A stretch of DNA of 64,000 nt from an uncultured bacterium (GTDB lineage: Bacteria; Margulisbacteria; WOR-1; CAVSGV01). Below, in pieces: positions 11,062 to 20,706 of this stretch (within the stretch, counting starts at the first letter, position 1; the number at the start of each line of letters is the position of its first letter). The stretch covers positions 6,070 through 70,069 of the forward strand of contig OY969425.1 of assembly GCA_963699255.1 (NCBI GenBank), written 5' to 3'. Below the pieces are notes generated by a model that ran no database searches, was not told where the DNA came from, and saw only the letters and a program-made list of their open reading frames with translations. The translations under genes and the position numbers were made by a program.

Positions 11062-11090
11062 TGAAATTTCCAGGAGTTTCATACGATAAA
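11062..11090 (+). promoter_or_regulatory. recurrent promoter-like motif
   Basis: ttgaaatttccaggagtttcatacgataaat, 12 nt upstream of the 11103 start. Confidence 0.4.
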
Positions 11091-11102
11091 TAAAGGAAGA
11101 TT

Positions 11103-12536
11103 ATGAGTGAAATTCGCTTTAACCCGAGAATGCCGCGCGTAGAGAACGCTGTTTTGCAGCCGAAAAAGCTGTCAAACGGAACATCCGCGCTTTATTTCAG
11201 CAGATCGCTCCCGTATAGCGATCCCAATAACGCGAGAGAACTGATAGATAACAAGCTTTTTTATCTGTCGGCGCAGAGGTTTGATGTCTTCGCGTGTTTC
11301 TCGGGGCACATGTCCAGAAAGCCCGCCATTTTACAGGAAAGCGTGAACCGATTTGCATCCCGTTTTAGAGAAAGAAACAAGGTGGTCATAAAGGAACTTG
11401 GAGCGGGATCCGGGGACAGCATGGCAATCGTGCTTGGCGATGTAAAAAAGAGATATTCTCCGCTGTACAAGAAATTGTCCGCGTATGCTTCCGACGGGTA
11501 TGAACCGGTTTGTGAAGCAATGAAAAGGTCAAAGCAGCTTCGACAATTCATTTCAGAAAATAAATTGGATATTTTACGGGAGGACCTGTTGGAAGATCTC
11601 CACGGCCAGAAATTAGCCGATTATGTTCGAGTGAGTTATTCTCTCTCGGACCTTCCGGAAGATATCGTGAAGAAAGAAAACGGAAGGTTTTACGCGGCTG
11701 ATGTAAGAGGATATATTACCGGCAAAGAGGGCTTTAGAACGCAAGACAATGAAAATATCCCTGTCAAATATATTGCCGGTCTGTTAAGCGAAGGAAAGCT
11801 GCAGGAGATCATAGACCTGGGACTGGACATACGCGACATAAAACCCAGAGTGGGATTTGATGTCAAGTATGCGCCTATGGATTTCGCCGTCATGACCGAC
11901 GGCGGTCTGGTCAGGAATATACTGGAGCAGATCACGGCTGGTATGGGAGATACCAAGCTCAGGACGGGATTGAACGCGGCAAAAGCGGTCGAAAAAATAT
12001 TGAACAATCATCTCAGGCCGGATGTTGGATCATATATCGAGGCGTTCGATGTGTGGACATCAGAGATCATGCCGCATGCGCACATCCCTTATACGGCCCT
12101 TGATCTTACTTCGGCATACAGCGTGAACCTGCCTTTCATCAAGGCGTATTTTGAAGCCAAAAAGACGCCGATAGATGTGGGATTCGAGGACTGGAAGAGA
12201 TACATAAATCTGACAGAGCCGTATATCGATCTGTCGCATTTTTCAAGATGGCTAAAGGGCAGCGGAGCGGAGATCGATTCGTTCTTCGGGCGGCATATTC
12301 CGGCAAGAAGCGTGAGCATGGTCGTTGACTTCCTTAAAAGGACGCAACATGTTGCTGATATGGTTTTATATTCCGAAAAGCAGGCTCATCCATTTATCCT
12401 GGTCCTTAATAACGCGGGATTCACTGAGAAGGAAAAAGAAATGTTATTCATCAGCGGAAAATTCCCGGAGACCGTTAATACAAAAACAAAAGGTTATTTC
12501 GGGCTTTATCAGGTCGTTACCATCAAAAACATATGA
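11103..12536 (+). CDS. hypothetical protein, possible Rossmann-fold SAM-methyltransferase-like (477 aa)
   Basis: AAGGAAG RBS. VIKELGAGSGDSMAIVLG resembles MTase motif I, with an acidic residue after the next strand (AYASDGYEP). Assignment is weak. Confidence 0.5.
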   Translation: MSEIRFNPRMPRVENAVLQPKKLSNGTSALYFSRSLPYSDPNNARELIDNKLFYLSAQRFDVFACFSGHMSRKPAILQESVNRFASRFRERNKVVIKELGAGSGDSMAIVLGDVKKRYSPLYKKLSAYASDGYEPVCEAMKRSKQLRQFISENKLDILREDLLEDLHGQKLADYVRVSYSLSDLPEDIVKKENGRFYAADVRGYITGKEGFRTQDNENIPVKYIAGLLSEGKLQEIIDLGLDIRDIKPRVGFDVKYAPMDFAVMTDGGLVRNILEQITAGMGDTKLRTGLNAAKAVEKILNNHLRPDVGSYIEAFDVWTSEIMPHAHIPYTALDLTSAYSVNLPFIKAYFEAKKTPIDVGFEDWKRYINLTEPYIDLSHFSRWLKGSGAEIDSFFGRHIPARSVSMVVDFLKRTQHVADMVLYSEKQAHPFILVLNNAGFTEKEKEMLFISGKFPETVNTKTKGYFGLYQVVTIKNI

Positions 12537-12537
12537 T

Positions 12538-12572
12538 CTGAAATTTCCCTCCATTTTTAACGATATATATAC
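12538..12572 (+). promoter_or_regulatory. recurrent promoter-like motif
   Basis: ctgaaatttccctccatttttaacgatatatatacac, followed by the RBS cagggagaaaatgcctatg. Confidence 0.4.
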
Positions 12573-12583
12573 ACAGGGAGAAA

Positions 12584-13327
12584 ATGCCTATGGCCGATAT
12601 TAGAGGGATTTCATTCGGGACAGCGTTAAAAGGGACGGCCCATTATCTAAAAATGAGGTCAATGGAAAAGCTGCATCCATTCAATGTCCCTGCCGGCGGG
12701 AAATTCTCAAAGCCCGGTCTCATAATGGACGAAGATGCTTACGTAATGGCCATGCATGAGCCGATAGCCGTATATTACGCGCAAAAGCTCGCGGTAAAGC
12801 ATCTGGTCGAGATCTGCTCAGGAGCCGGTTCAATGACAGTTCAATTCGGGCGGTTCAGCGACCGCGTATCCACAATAGAGATGGACCTTTACCGTTCTCA
12901 AAGGTGTGTCCCGCACAATACAAAAGTTTACGGCGTAAATGAAAAGGTGACCTCAATATGGGGGAACGCCATGCATGAAGATCTTTTAAAATCTTTAGCT
13001 CCGGCTGGTGCGGTTTGGGCCGATCCGGACTGGCTTTATGACGTGCCGCCGGCGAATTTCCCGATCGCCATGACGCAGCCGCCGATCCCGGAGGTATTTG
13101 AAAAGGTCAACCGCTTATTGACCCCTAACATGGCGTTCAGGATGGTGAGGACAACAAGGATCAATGACGTGCTGAAGCTTGGCCCATGCAGGATAGAATA
13201 TGTTTATTGGGACAATAAGCTTAAATTCCTGGTAAGCCTCTTTGGTAATCTTGCTTCTGAACAGGGTATCTTTGAAATTAACTTTTCCTCAGATAAAGGA
13301 TTCCTCTCAAGCCAGCGCATTAAGTGA
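12584..13327 (+). CDS. putative SAM-dependent methyltransferase (247 aa)
   Basis: Motif I-like VEICSGAGSMTVQFG. A downstream WADPDW / DVPPANF segment is reminiscent of the (D/N)PP(Y/W) motif of amino-MTases. Own promoter motif and RBS. Confidence 0.5.
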   Translation: MPMADIRGISFGTALKGTAHYLKMRSMEKLHPFNVPAGGKFSKPGLIMDEDAYVMAMHEPIAVYYAQKLAVKHLVEICSGAGSMTVQFGRFSDRVSTIEMDLYRSQRCVPHNTKVYGVNEKVTSIWGNAMHEDLLKSLAPAGAVWADPDWLYDVPPANFPIAMTQPPIPEVFEKVNRLLTPNMAFRMVRTTRINDVLKLGPCRIEYVYWDNKLKFLVSLFGNLASEQGIFEINFSSDKGFLSSQRIK

Positions 13328-13359
13328 AATTCCGCCCCATTTTTGACGATATATATATA
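13324..13359 (+). promoter_or_regulatory. recurrent promoter-like motif
   Basis: gtgaaattccgccccatttttgacgatatatatata, followed by the RBS caggggagaacaaaatg. Confidence 0.4.
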
Positions 13360-13373
13360 CAGGGGAGAACAAA

Positions 13374-13583
13374 ATGAAGACCGGAAAAGCAATAAATTTC
13401 TATTTCAATGAACCCCGCATTTACAGGGCGAGACCGGATGTCGCGAGGCTGAAAACACTGCATAAAGAAGGGCTTAACATACGGTATACAACAGCTGAGG
13501 ACAGGGACATGAAGATACCCGACAAATTTTTTCCCTGCACCGCGTATCGCGGGAAACCTCATTACCCAGGGATATTCATATAA
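13374..13583 (+). CDS. small hypothetical protein (69 aa)
   Basis: Strong RBS (AGGGGAG) and the promoter motif lie directly upstream. The ORF ends 4 nt before the PurA-like gene. Confidence 0.4.
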   Translation: MKTGKAINFYFNEPRIYRARPDVARLKTLHKEGLNIRYTTAEDRDMKIPDKFFPCTAYRGKPHYPGIFI

Positions 13584-13587
13584 AGCG

Positions 13588-15162
13588 TTGGATTACGCGG
13601 TCAGCGTCATTAAGAACCAATTTGACAATAAAACACTGAAGGCCGGAGACAGCATTGACCTGATGAAATACCTTAAATTGCGCGGCAATTCTATGGTCCT
13701 TTGCGGAGCGCAATGGGGCGATGAAGGAAAGGGAAGAATGGCTTACCTCATGGCTTCCTTATTGGGAGCCAAAGCCGTGGTGAGATTCAACGGCGGGCCG
13801 AACGCGGGGAAAGTGGTGGAGGCTGAAAATGGAAGGGTCTTTGAATTGTGCATGCTGCCTGCCGGCGCTCTCAACCCGGACGTGGAAATATACATGGCTC
13901 AGGGAACGTACATCAACCTCAAGTATCTTCTAAAAGAGATTGACGATCTAGAGGCAAACAAAATATCCACCAGGAGGAGAGTGTTCATTGATGACAATTG
14001 CAGTTTGGTCCTTCCGTACTACGAAGAATTAAGCCGGGCAAAAAATATGGAGCGTTCAAAGGCCATATCTTTTAATGCAGGAATGGGAGAAGGAAGCACC
14101 GGCATGGGAATGGGCGGGGCGGTGGAAAGTAATGATATGCGCCGGGGCATTAAAGTCCATGATCTGTTCGGCGATCCCAAGCAATTACTCTCCAAGATAA
14201 CTAAAGATTTGATTTTGCAAGAATATAAGATCAGGGGATTGCTATTGATAAATAATGATAGCTGGCGTTTTCCTGAAAATTACGCAAAGAACCTTTGTGA
14301 TGACCTGTTGAAAATGGCGGGAGAGATCAAGCATATGAGGGCGAATGTAGGCCGAAAGATAGAAAGAACGATTCTGGCCGGCGGGAACATTGTTTTTGAA
14401 GGCGTCCAGGCGGCGCTTCTGGATAATGCCTGGGGCACATATCCAATTAATACAACATCCACCAAAACAACACCAAATAGCATTTATGATGGTTTGAACC
14501 TTGATTCAAAATATATGCTGACAAAAGTGGGTATCGTCAAAAGTTATACTGCCGTAAGAGGGAAGACCCCGCTTCCTACCGAATTAACCGGGGCAGAAGG
14601 TGATAAATTAAGTGAAGCGGGAAATGAATATGAGGTCAGTTACAAGATAGATCCAGAAGGCACCTTAATAACGGTTTATAATCCCGACGGGAAAACGATA
14701 GCTTATGATAAAAGCAAGCGTATCGCTGTGGGGTGGCAGGATGCCCTGGTTCTTGCAGAGTGCGCAAAGACAGGATTCACGCACTTCGCGCTCACAAAAC
14801 TGGATGCTCTGGACGGCTTCGATGAAATAAAGATCGCGACAGCGTACAAATACGAAGGCGATCAGGAATTAAACCCTAGTATTTATGAGGTCGAAGAACA
14901 CGACGAGGCAACTTTCATCCGATCATATGTCAAAGACCCGAAAGTACTTAAACACTGCACGCCGATCTATGAGACACTCCCCGGGTGGGCGTCCGAACTT
15001 AAAAAAAGAGGGCTTGCATCAATTTCGGAGATAAAAAAGTTTGAAGATCTTCCTGCCGCGGCGCAGAACTATGTGAAACGAATAGAAGAGATTCTGGGGC
15101 GTCCGATCGTATTTGTCTCTGTCGGCCCCAAAAAGGACCAATATATTGAAAGAAAATACTAG
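13588..15162 (+). CDS. adenylosuccinate-synthetase (PurA)-family ligase, divergent, with a remodelled active site and a ~100-aa insertion
   Basis: The P-loop CGAQWGDEGKG, VVRFNGGPNAGKV (GHT replaced by GKV), LLDNAWGTYPINTTST, TKLDALDG and SVGPKKD all align to PurA. The Asp-binding GATTGRRRR loop is replaced by VSYKIDPEGTLITVYNPDGKTIAYDKSKRIAVGW. The annotated start is TTG; in-frame ATGs at 13663 and 13693 are alternatives. Confidence 0.8.
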   Translation: MDYAVSVIKNQFDNKTLKAGDSIDLMKYLKLRGNSMVLCGAQWGDEGKGRMAYLMASLLGAKAVVRFNGGPNAGKVVEAENGRVFELCMLPAGALNPDVEIYMAQGTYINLKYLLKEIDDLEANKISTRRRVFIDDNCSLVLPYYEELSRAKNMERSKAISFNAGMGEGSTGMGMGGAVESNDMRRGIKVHDLFGDPKQLLSKITKDLILQEYKIRGLLLINNDSWRFPENYAKNLCDDLLKMAGEIKHMRANVGRKIERTILAGGNIVFEGVQAALLDNAWGTYPINTTSTKTTPNSIYDGLNLDSKYMLTKVGIVKSYTAVRGKTPLPTELTGAEGDKLSEAGNEYEVSYKIDPEGTLITVYNPDGKTIAYDKSKRIAVGWQDALVLAECAKTGFTHFALTKLDALDGFDEIKIATAYKYEGDQELNPSIYEVEEHDEATFIRSYVKDPKVLKHCTPIYETLPGWASELKKRGLASISEIKKFEDLPAAAQNYVKRIEEILGRPIVFVSVGPKKDQYIERKY

Positions 15163-15230
15163 AAAAACAGCTCTATATCAAGCGAGGATGATCAAATTGA
15201 GCGGGACGCCGCAAAAAAACGGTGAAAAAG

Positions 15231-15262
15231 TGAAATTTTTATTTATTTATTGCGATAAAGTA
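15231..15262 (+). promoter_or_regulatory. recurrent promoter-like motif
   Basis: gtgaaatttttatttatttattgcgataaagtaatt. Confidence 0.35.
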
Positions 15263-15287
15263 ATTGAAAGAAAAGGGAAACCAATAT

Positions 15288-18200
15288 ATGCCATTTTTTG
15301 AACGAATTAAATTCAACAGGACAGATATAAGAAAGCAAAACGTTGAGCCCCTTAAAATAGGGAAGCAGGCTCCAAAGCTGCATTTGCCGGATCAAGAAAT
15401 AAGGGTTCGAATTATCCCTGAGATCCATGGCATAACGGGGAACATGGAAAACATGAATAATATCGGACGGACCATAAAGATTTCCCAGGATGACGCCACA
15501 CTGTTCAAGACCCATCCCTGGCTGGAGCAAATACCCGAGGACGCGATCTTAAGCGGGGAAACCGCGAAGATATTCAAGAATAAGCTTTCAAAGGTCATTG
15601 ACGCGATGGACGGCCTGATGCCAAGTATCGGTGTTACGGGCACTAAATTAAAGAGTATCAGGGTCGCGACAGCGGAATTAAAGAAAATATTTAAGAGATC
15701 GGAAGGAAAGACGGTCCGGGACACATGCAAGGCATTGATCGGCGTATACACCTATTTGGGTGTAAGAGCGGTCGGGACCGTGGCTGTGGTGGGGATCCCG
15801 CAAATATCGACAGGTGAAAAGGTGATAGACGGAATAGCCGCGGCGGCGCTTTTTCTGGGAGAAAGTGTCGTAAGGCTCAGGACAACGATCGGATACCAGC
15901 ACTCGATCCTGGAAGGATTGGGCAGGGGACCAAAATATTACGATATAAGCGCGGATGAGAAAGTGCATGCTTCGGGGATCGAATTCAACCCAAATGACCT
16001 GGAAAACCCTTTCAAAATATTTACTGACGCGCCGGAATGCATGTCTGTCCTATATATCAATGAAGAGCCCGGCGTGCTGGAGAGAAGCATTTTCGGGCAC
16101 TTCTTTATTGAGAACAAGAGGCAAATGATGGTCGTGAACAGCGGAGGTTATAAGTTCGAGGAGTTCCAGCATATCGTGGATACCGTAAAAAATTGGATAG
16201 AAGCAAGAAAGAGCGAGGTACTGTCGGCAAAAGCTAGGTCCATAAGCTCCCGGGACGCGGAACTGTCGGCCATGGAACTTTTAAAGCTTCTTGTGAACAT
16301 AAGGACGGAGTGCAAGAGGCTTTCCGATGCCTACTATGAAACGGCCGTTCAGGATTTTGGCAACATGATAGCGGGCAGCGGCGCGGCGCTAGATAAGGAG
16401 CTTGCTCAGCAGATATTGCTGCATACCCGCAAATGGGACGAGAAGATATCCGCTCTTTATGACCATATAGAAAATTATGAGGGCGGCAATGTAAACGCGG
16501 ACCAGCTGAGACGCCATATAAGTTCTCACTATGACTATCTTGAGCAAAAATTCACTTTTGACATAGTGATCAATTTCCGCAATTTCAAGACCTTTGATGT
16601 TGGAACGTATAAAGCCATGTGCGGCGCGATAGAAACAAGGCTTGCAGGTCAAAATATCGACATGAACGCGCCCGTAGAAAGCGCCTCTTTTAACGCGATA
16701 GTAGACAGGATAATCGAGGAGAGCGAAGACAGGGACAGGCCGGTAAGCTACCTGTTGTCAACGATCCAAATGAACAACGGGAACGTGCGCTATGATCAAA
16801 CCTCGGCTTCTTATAAATATAATTGCATCATCGGCGGAAAGACGAACAAAGCGGTGCTGGATGAGCTTATTATGGAGAATCTTTCAAGAATGGCGTTTGA
16901 AGGCGCCTACAAAGCCGGCGCCCGGGCCGAGGAATATGACCATCTTGGCAGGAAATACGTGAAGGCCGTGAACAGCTACGGTACAAGGTTCCTTGTGACC
17001 GTGGATGAATGGCTTGGCGGCATGTCGGATGTGATACTTGGGCCTGAATTGAGGAGAGCTTCAATTGATCTTGGGAACAATGTGGCCGGACAGCTTCAAC
17101 TGGATGCCGCAAGGGCAATAGATAAAGAGACAGCACAAAGAGCCATAGAAGCGGTGGCATCAAGGACATTGAACAACGGCGGCAACACGACGATCCGCGA
17201 CAGGCAAAAGATAAGGATAATGGAGAGGATCGCAAAAGTGTTCATGGAGGATGGCAGGACGACCGGCGATTTCCTGAAAGAAATAGCGGCTGTCGCGCTT
17301 TATGATGTGGCGGCTTCTCCGACTTATGATCCGACATATGAGACCGCGATCGAATGGGCGGCGTATCCCGAAAAGGCGTATATCCTGAGCTATGACAAGG
17401 ATTATGTCCCGCAGTCCATAGATCCGAACAGCGGCGAATATAATGATATGGCAAGATTGAGCGTGCCGATGCATGAAAAATGGATCTATGAAGACAACAG
17501 GACAAATATAGCTTTGATCCAGCATCCCCAGTACCAGAAGCATTTTAAAAAAGAAGGCCCCTTAAAAGACGGCGTCAGAATGACTACCGGCAACGGGAAG
17601 TACCTGGAGCCGGTGGCAAATTCTTCGGGATCGGACCAGCAGGCATGGTACGGCGAGTTTGCCCTGCCAAAGCCGCTTGAAAGGACGCTTAGCAGGTATA
17701 TCAACAGGAGAACAGGCGTGCAGTTCCTGGAAAAGGTTGCGAACAAACTTTACAAGGACAAGACCGTTAGAAAGAGCCTTGTCGCGAATATTACAAGGGA
17801 TATGCGGGAGAATGTGGCTTACAGGATGGAGAAAGGTATTGACCAGAAGCTGGATTACCTGACCGGGCGGGAGATCATTGAAAGGGTAAAATATTATTCA
17901 AGGGATATCATGATCGCCACCGGGATTGGGCCGGGAAGGGGAAAATTCAACTCGTTCTTCAGCTGCGGTACCAATGAGCTTGAATATGCGGTGGGCATGA
18001 TGCTTGGTTTTAACAGCCCATATACATATATGGTGGACGGTATAACGATGCTCGGGCAGACGACCGTAAGATATAACCCGGACATGGGAAAGATGGAGAT
18101 ACATAATTATGAGCCCAGATTTTCAAATGATCTGACATGGATAAGCGAAAGCAATGATCAAAATCACAGGCAAATGCATGAATTGAACGAGTCCGATATG

Positions 18201-18314
18201 AGGGAAATAAAAGAGGAGTACGAAGTTAACGGTAGGACCGTGGCGTTCTTGAATAACAGGGCATATGTGAAATACAACGGTGATGTTGAGAAGGTGATCT
18301 GGTGGTATCAGTAA
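15288..18314 (+). CDS. large hypothetical protein (~1008 aa)
   Basis: Long ORF. ATG at 15288 has AAGGGAAA 10 nt upstream; the ORF track's start at 15264 is TTG. No recognisable domain. Confidence 0.65.
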   Translation: MPFFERIKFNRTDIRKQNVEPLKIGKQAPKLHLPDQEIRVRIIPEIHGITGNMENMNNIGRTIKISQDDATLFKTHPWLEQIPEDAILSGETAKIFKNKLSKVIDAMDGLMPSIGVTGTKLKSIRVATAELKKIFKRSEGKTVRDTCKALIGVYTYLGVRAVGTVAVVGIPQISTGEKVIDGIAAAALFLGESVVRLRTTIGYQHSILEGLGRGPKYYDISADEKVHASGIEFNPNDLENPFKIFTDAPECMSVLYINEEPGVLERSIFGHFFIENKRQMMVVNSGGYKFEEFQHIVDTVKNWIEARKSEVLSAKARSISSRDAELSAMELLKLLVNIRTECKRLSDAYYETAVQDFGNMIAGSGAALDKELAQQILLHTRKWDEKISALYDHIENYEGGNVNADQLRRHISSHYDYLEQKFTFDIVINFRNFKTFDVGTYKAMCGAIETRLAGQNIDMNAPVESASFNAIVDRIIEESEDRDRPVSYLLSTIQMNNGNVRYDQTSASYKYNCIIGGKTNKAVLDELIMENLSRMAFEGAYKAGARAEEYDHLGRKYVKAVNSYGTRFLVTVDEWLGGMSDVILGPELRRASIDLGNNVAGQLQLDAARAIDKETAQRAIEAVASRTLNNGGNTTIRDRQKIRIMERIAKVFMEDGRTTGDFLKEIAAVALYDVAASPTYDPTYETAIEWAAYPEKAYILSYDKDYVPQSIDPNSGEYNDMARLSVPMHEKWIYEDNRTNIALIQHPQYQKHFKKEGPLKDGVRMTTGNGKYLEPVANSSGSDQQAWYGEFALPKPLERTLSRYINRRTGVQFLEKVANKLYKDKTVRKSLVANITRDMRENVAYRMEKGIDQKLDYLTGREIIERVKYYSRDIMIATGIGPGRGKFNSFFSCGTNELEYAVGMMLGFNSPYTYMVDGITMLGQTTVRYNPDMGKMEIHNYEPRFSNDLTWISESNDQNHRQMHELNESDMREIKEEYEVNGRTVAFLNNRAYVKYNGDVEKVIWWYQ

Positions 18315-19771
18315 AAAAAATCGAGAATAAATCGGTCAGGCTCGACTGCCGCAGGGTGGAGCTGGACTATTCGCGCCGTAAGCAGTCCGGAAAAATAATA
18401 AAGGATTATAACCCATCGAGCAGCAATTATTATGAATTGAAGCTGGGACCGGGAAGGGTGTTCACCGAAAGATTCAGATGTAAAGAGGATAATATTTCCA
18501 CGATAATAGCGAACCTGAAACTCCAGAGGGAAATGGTGGGTGTTCCTGATATCGGCGACGGCAGGGGAGGAACGAAGATCATTTCGGTTAAGACTCGCAT
18601 TGCCGAAATGGTCGCCCAGTACCATTCATTTAAAGATGACAAGGAATACGTTGAAACTGTATTGACCGCCCCTATCTTTCAGCCGCCAAGCTGGATCACA
18701 GAGGACATGATGACCACATATTTCCATTACCTTACCGGCTGGGACACGGAGATCAATCCTGAGGGCGTTGGGTTTGCGGTCGGGCCTTCGGATTTTGTTG
18801 ATCTGGCCAAGCAGCATCACAGATGGTTCAAGGGCGGGCCGGAATGTTATCTGGACATGAAAAAATACCTTGACGCGTACCCGGCGTTGAAACATTCAAT
18901 GCAGGGGTATTCCATGCAACAGGCGTTCTTATGGCCGCTACATACCTTAACCGATGAGCTTCTGTATTATGTGCCGGCCGTTTATTGGGCCGGCCAGATA
19001 CTCAAGATCGGCGGAAAGATCCTGAAGAAGGGGATAATCCCGTTTTCAACCAACTGGATCTTTATTCCCGTGTTCGGGTGGTATTTCTACTATACCCTTA
19101 AGAACTATATAAGGCCGATGGCTTTAATGGGGGTCAGTTTCCCCGAATTATGGAGAAAAGAAGCGATGCTTTCCATACAGGGACCTGTTTATGAGGACGC
19201 CGTTAAAAAGGCGGTCCTGCGAGAGCCGCTTGAATTCGCGGCGACGGCGGCCGGAGACAGGAAAATGCTCTCGTATGAATTCCTTAAAGGGATAAAATGG
19301 AAAAGGAACCTGAGCAAGGTCACAACGCTTGTCGGAACAGGTATTTCCGCGGGGCTTGTATATCTGAAAGGCGGCGATCTTGAGTGGCAGACTTATGCCG
19401 GCTTAGGGTTCAATGTCCTGTTCCCGCTTTTAAGATGGGGATTGCTCAGCAGCGGGATAAAAGACCAGTATTCTTACCCCACAAGTTATGACACATACCT
19501 GAAGGAAAACCTGGAGCTCGAGGGCGCCGGATACATAAAAGTATCCGAACATACCCCCGATACAAGGCTTGTAACCTTTAAGGTGAACAGCAAGCAGGAC
19601 GCGGAAAGGGCGATAAACAGATTATCGGGTAATCTGGGAGCGTTCACCCAGGTGAAGAATTATCTTGCGGGCATTCCGGGCACAGCGGGATTTGCCGAAA
19701 TAGCAAGCCAGATACTGGCGCCTGATAACGCGGCCGAACCGAACGGACCCAGACCGTGTACCTGGCGGTGA
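18302..19771 (+). CDS. hypothetical integral membrane protein (489 aa)
   Basis: GTG start overlaps the upstream stop. Hydrophobic segments include FLWPLHTLTDELLYYVPAVYWAGQIL and IPFSTNWIFIPVFGWYFYYTL. Confidence 0.55.
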   Translation: MVSVKKIENKSVRLDCRRVELDYSRRKQSGKIIKDYNPSSSNYYELKLGPGRVFTERFRCKEDNISTIIANLKLQREMVGVPDIGDGRGGTKIISVKTRIAEMVAQYHSFKDDKEYVETVLTAPIFQPPSWITEDMMTTYFHYLTGWDTEINPEGVGFAVGPSDFVDLAKQHHRWFKGGPECYLDMKKYLDAYPALKHSMQGYSMQQAFLWPLHTLTDELLYYVPAVYWAGQILKIGGKILKKGIIPFSTNWIFIPVFGWYFYYTLKNYIRPMALMGVSFPELWRKEAMLSIQGPVYEDAVKKAVLREPLEFAATAAGDRKMLSYEFLKGIKWKRNLSKVTTLVGTGISAGLVYLKGGDLEWQTYAGLGFNVLFPLLRWGLLSSGIKDQYSYPTSYDTYLKENLELEGAGYIKVSEHTPDTRLVTFKVNSKQDAERAINRLSGNLGAFTQVKNYLAGIPGTAGFAEIASQILAPDNAAEPNGPRPCTWR

Positions 19772-20706
19772 AGGTAAAAGAAGGCGGAATATACGAGAGC
19801 TTCTCAAGGCATTCAAGGATCGACGGTGATTTCTATTTCAAGCATGACTATAAGATCCAAAAAAATTACCATGACATGGATAAAGACCTTAAGACCGCCG
19901 TATCAAAGGGACGACTGGAAGAGGCATTGGATAATTACGACAGGATAGTTAAGGAGAAAAGAAGGAACAGCGCTGAGATCCTGGATGATAAAAAATCATA
20001 TAAAGCAAAGGTGACCGGCGAGGAAACAGGCCTGCTTAAATCGGCCATCAGCAAGCTTACTGATAATATTAAAAACGAGAACGACCCGGAAAAGACATAT
20101 GAGGATATCATGCTTCTTTCCAGGGCTTTTGTAACGACCGGGCGATACGCTGATTCGGCGGCGCTGCTCCTGAAACTGCTTTCCAAGGGGAATAGCACCA
20201 TCCCGGTAAAAGGGTTTAAGGATAACGAGCTTGATGCCGCAACAGGCAAAGCAGCTGACGCGGTGAAAGACAGGAGCGAGATAATAAAAAAGATCCGACA
20301 GGCTATATTGCGCGATCCGGCTTCCATGAACAAGATCGTGCTGTCAATGAAAACGGATGAGATAAAGGAGATATTCGGTTCGACAGGCGCTGTTTTCAAC
20401 GGGGTAAGCGCTGAAGATATTTCTGATGTAACATCAAATATGACCCTGGAACAGGAAGGCGTATTCATGCAGAGCCTGGTCAATGCGGGATGCGGGGAAT
20501 TAAAGGACGCATTGATCATAGAGTTCTATGGAGTGAGCGGAAAGTCCTATGATGAACTTATCGCGTTAACAAAGGAGTTTACGAAGAACGAGCGGGCTAT
20601 AAGGGACATACTGGACAGAGAAGCGAAAAAGAAAACGGAAAATATAATGATCAGGATAATCGGTCCTGATATCGCGAAACTATTGCTGACAGGGGGCAAG
20701 AAATAA
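19756..20706 (+). CDS. hypothetical protein (316 aa)
   Basis: ORF overlaps the upstream stop by 16 nt and ends 1 nt before the next gene. Lys/Glu-rich, probably helical. Confidence 0.5.
   Translation: MYLAVKVKEGGIYESFSRHSRIDGDFYFKHDYKIQKNYHDMDKDLKTAVSKGRLEEALDNYDRIVKEKRRNSAEILDDKKSYKAKVTGEETGLLKSAISKLTDNIKNENDPEKTYEDIMLLSRAFVTTGRYADSAALLLKLLSKGNSTIPVKGFKDNELDAATGKAADAVKDRSEIIKKIRQAILRDPASMNKIVLSMKTDEIKEIFGSTGAVFNGVSAEDISDVTSNMTLEQEGVFMQSLVNAGCGELKDALIIEFYGVSGKSYDELIALTKEFTKNERAIRDILDREAKKKTENIMIRIIGPDIAKLLLTGGKK

Noticed and set aside
19935-20519. 194-aa ORF on the - strand
   Set aside because: Embedded antisense in the 19756..20706 gene. Ser/Leu-rich low-complexity translation.
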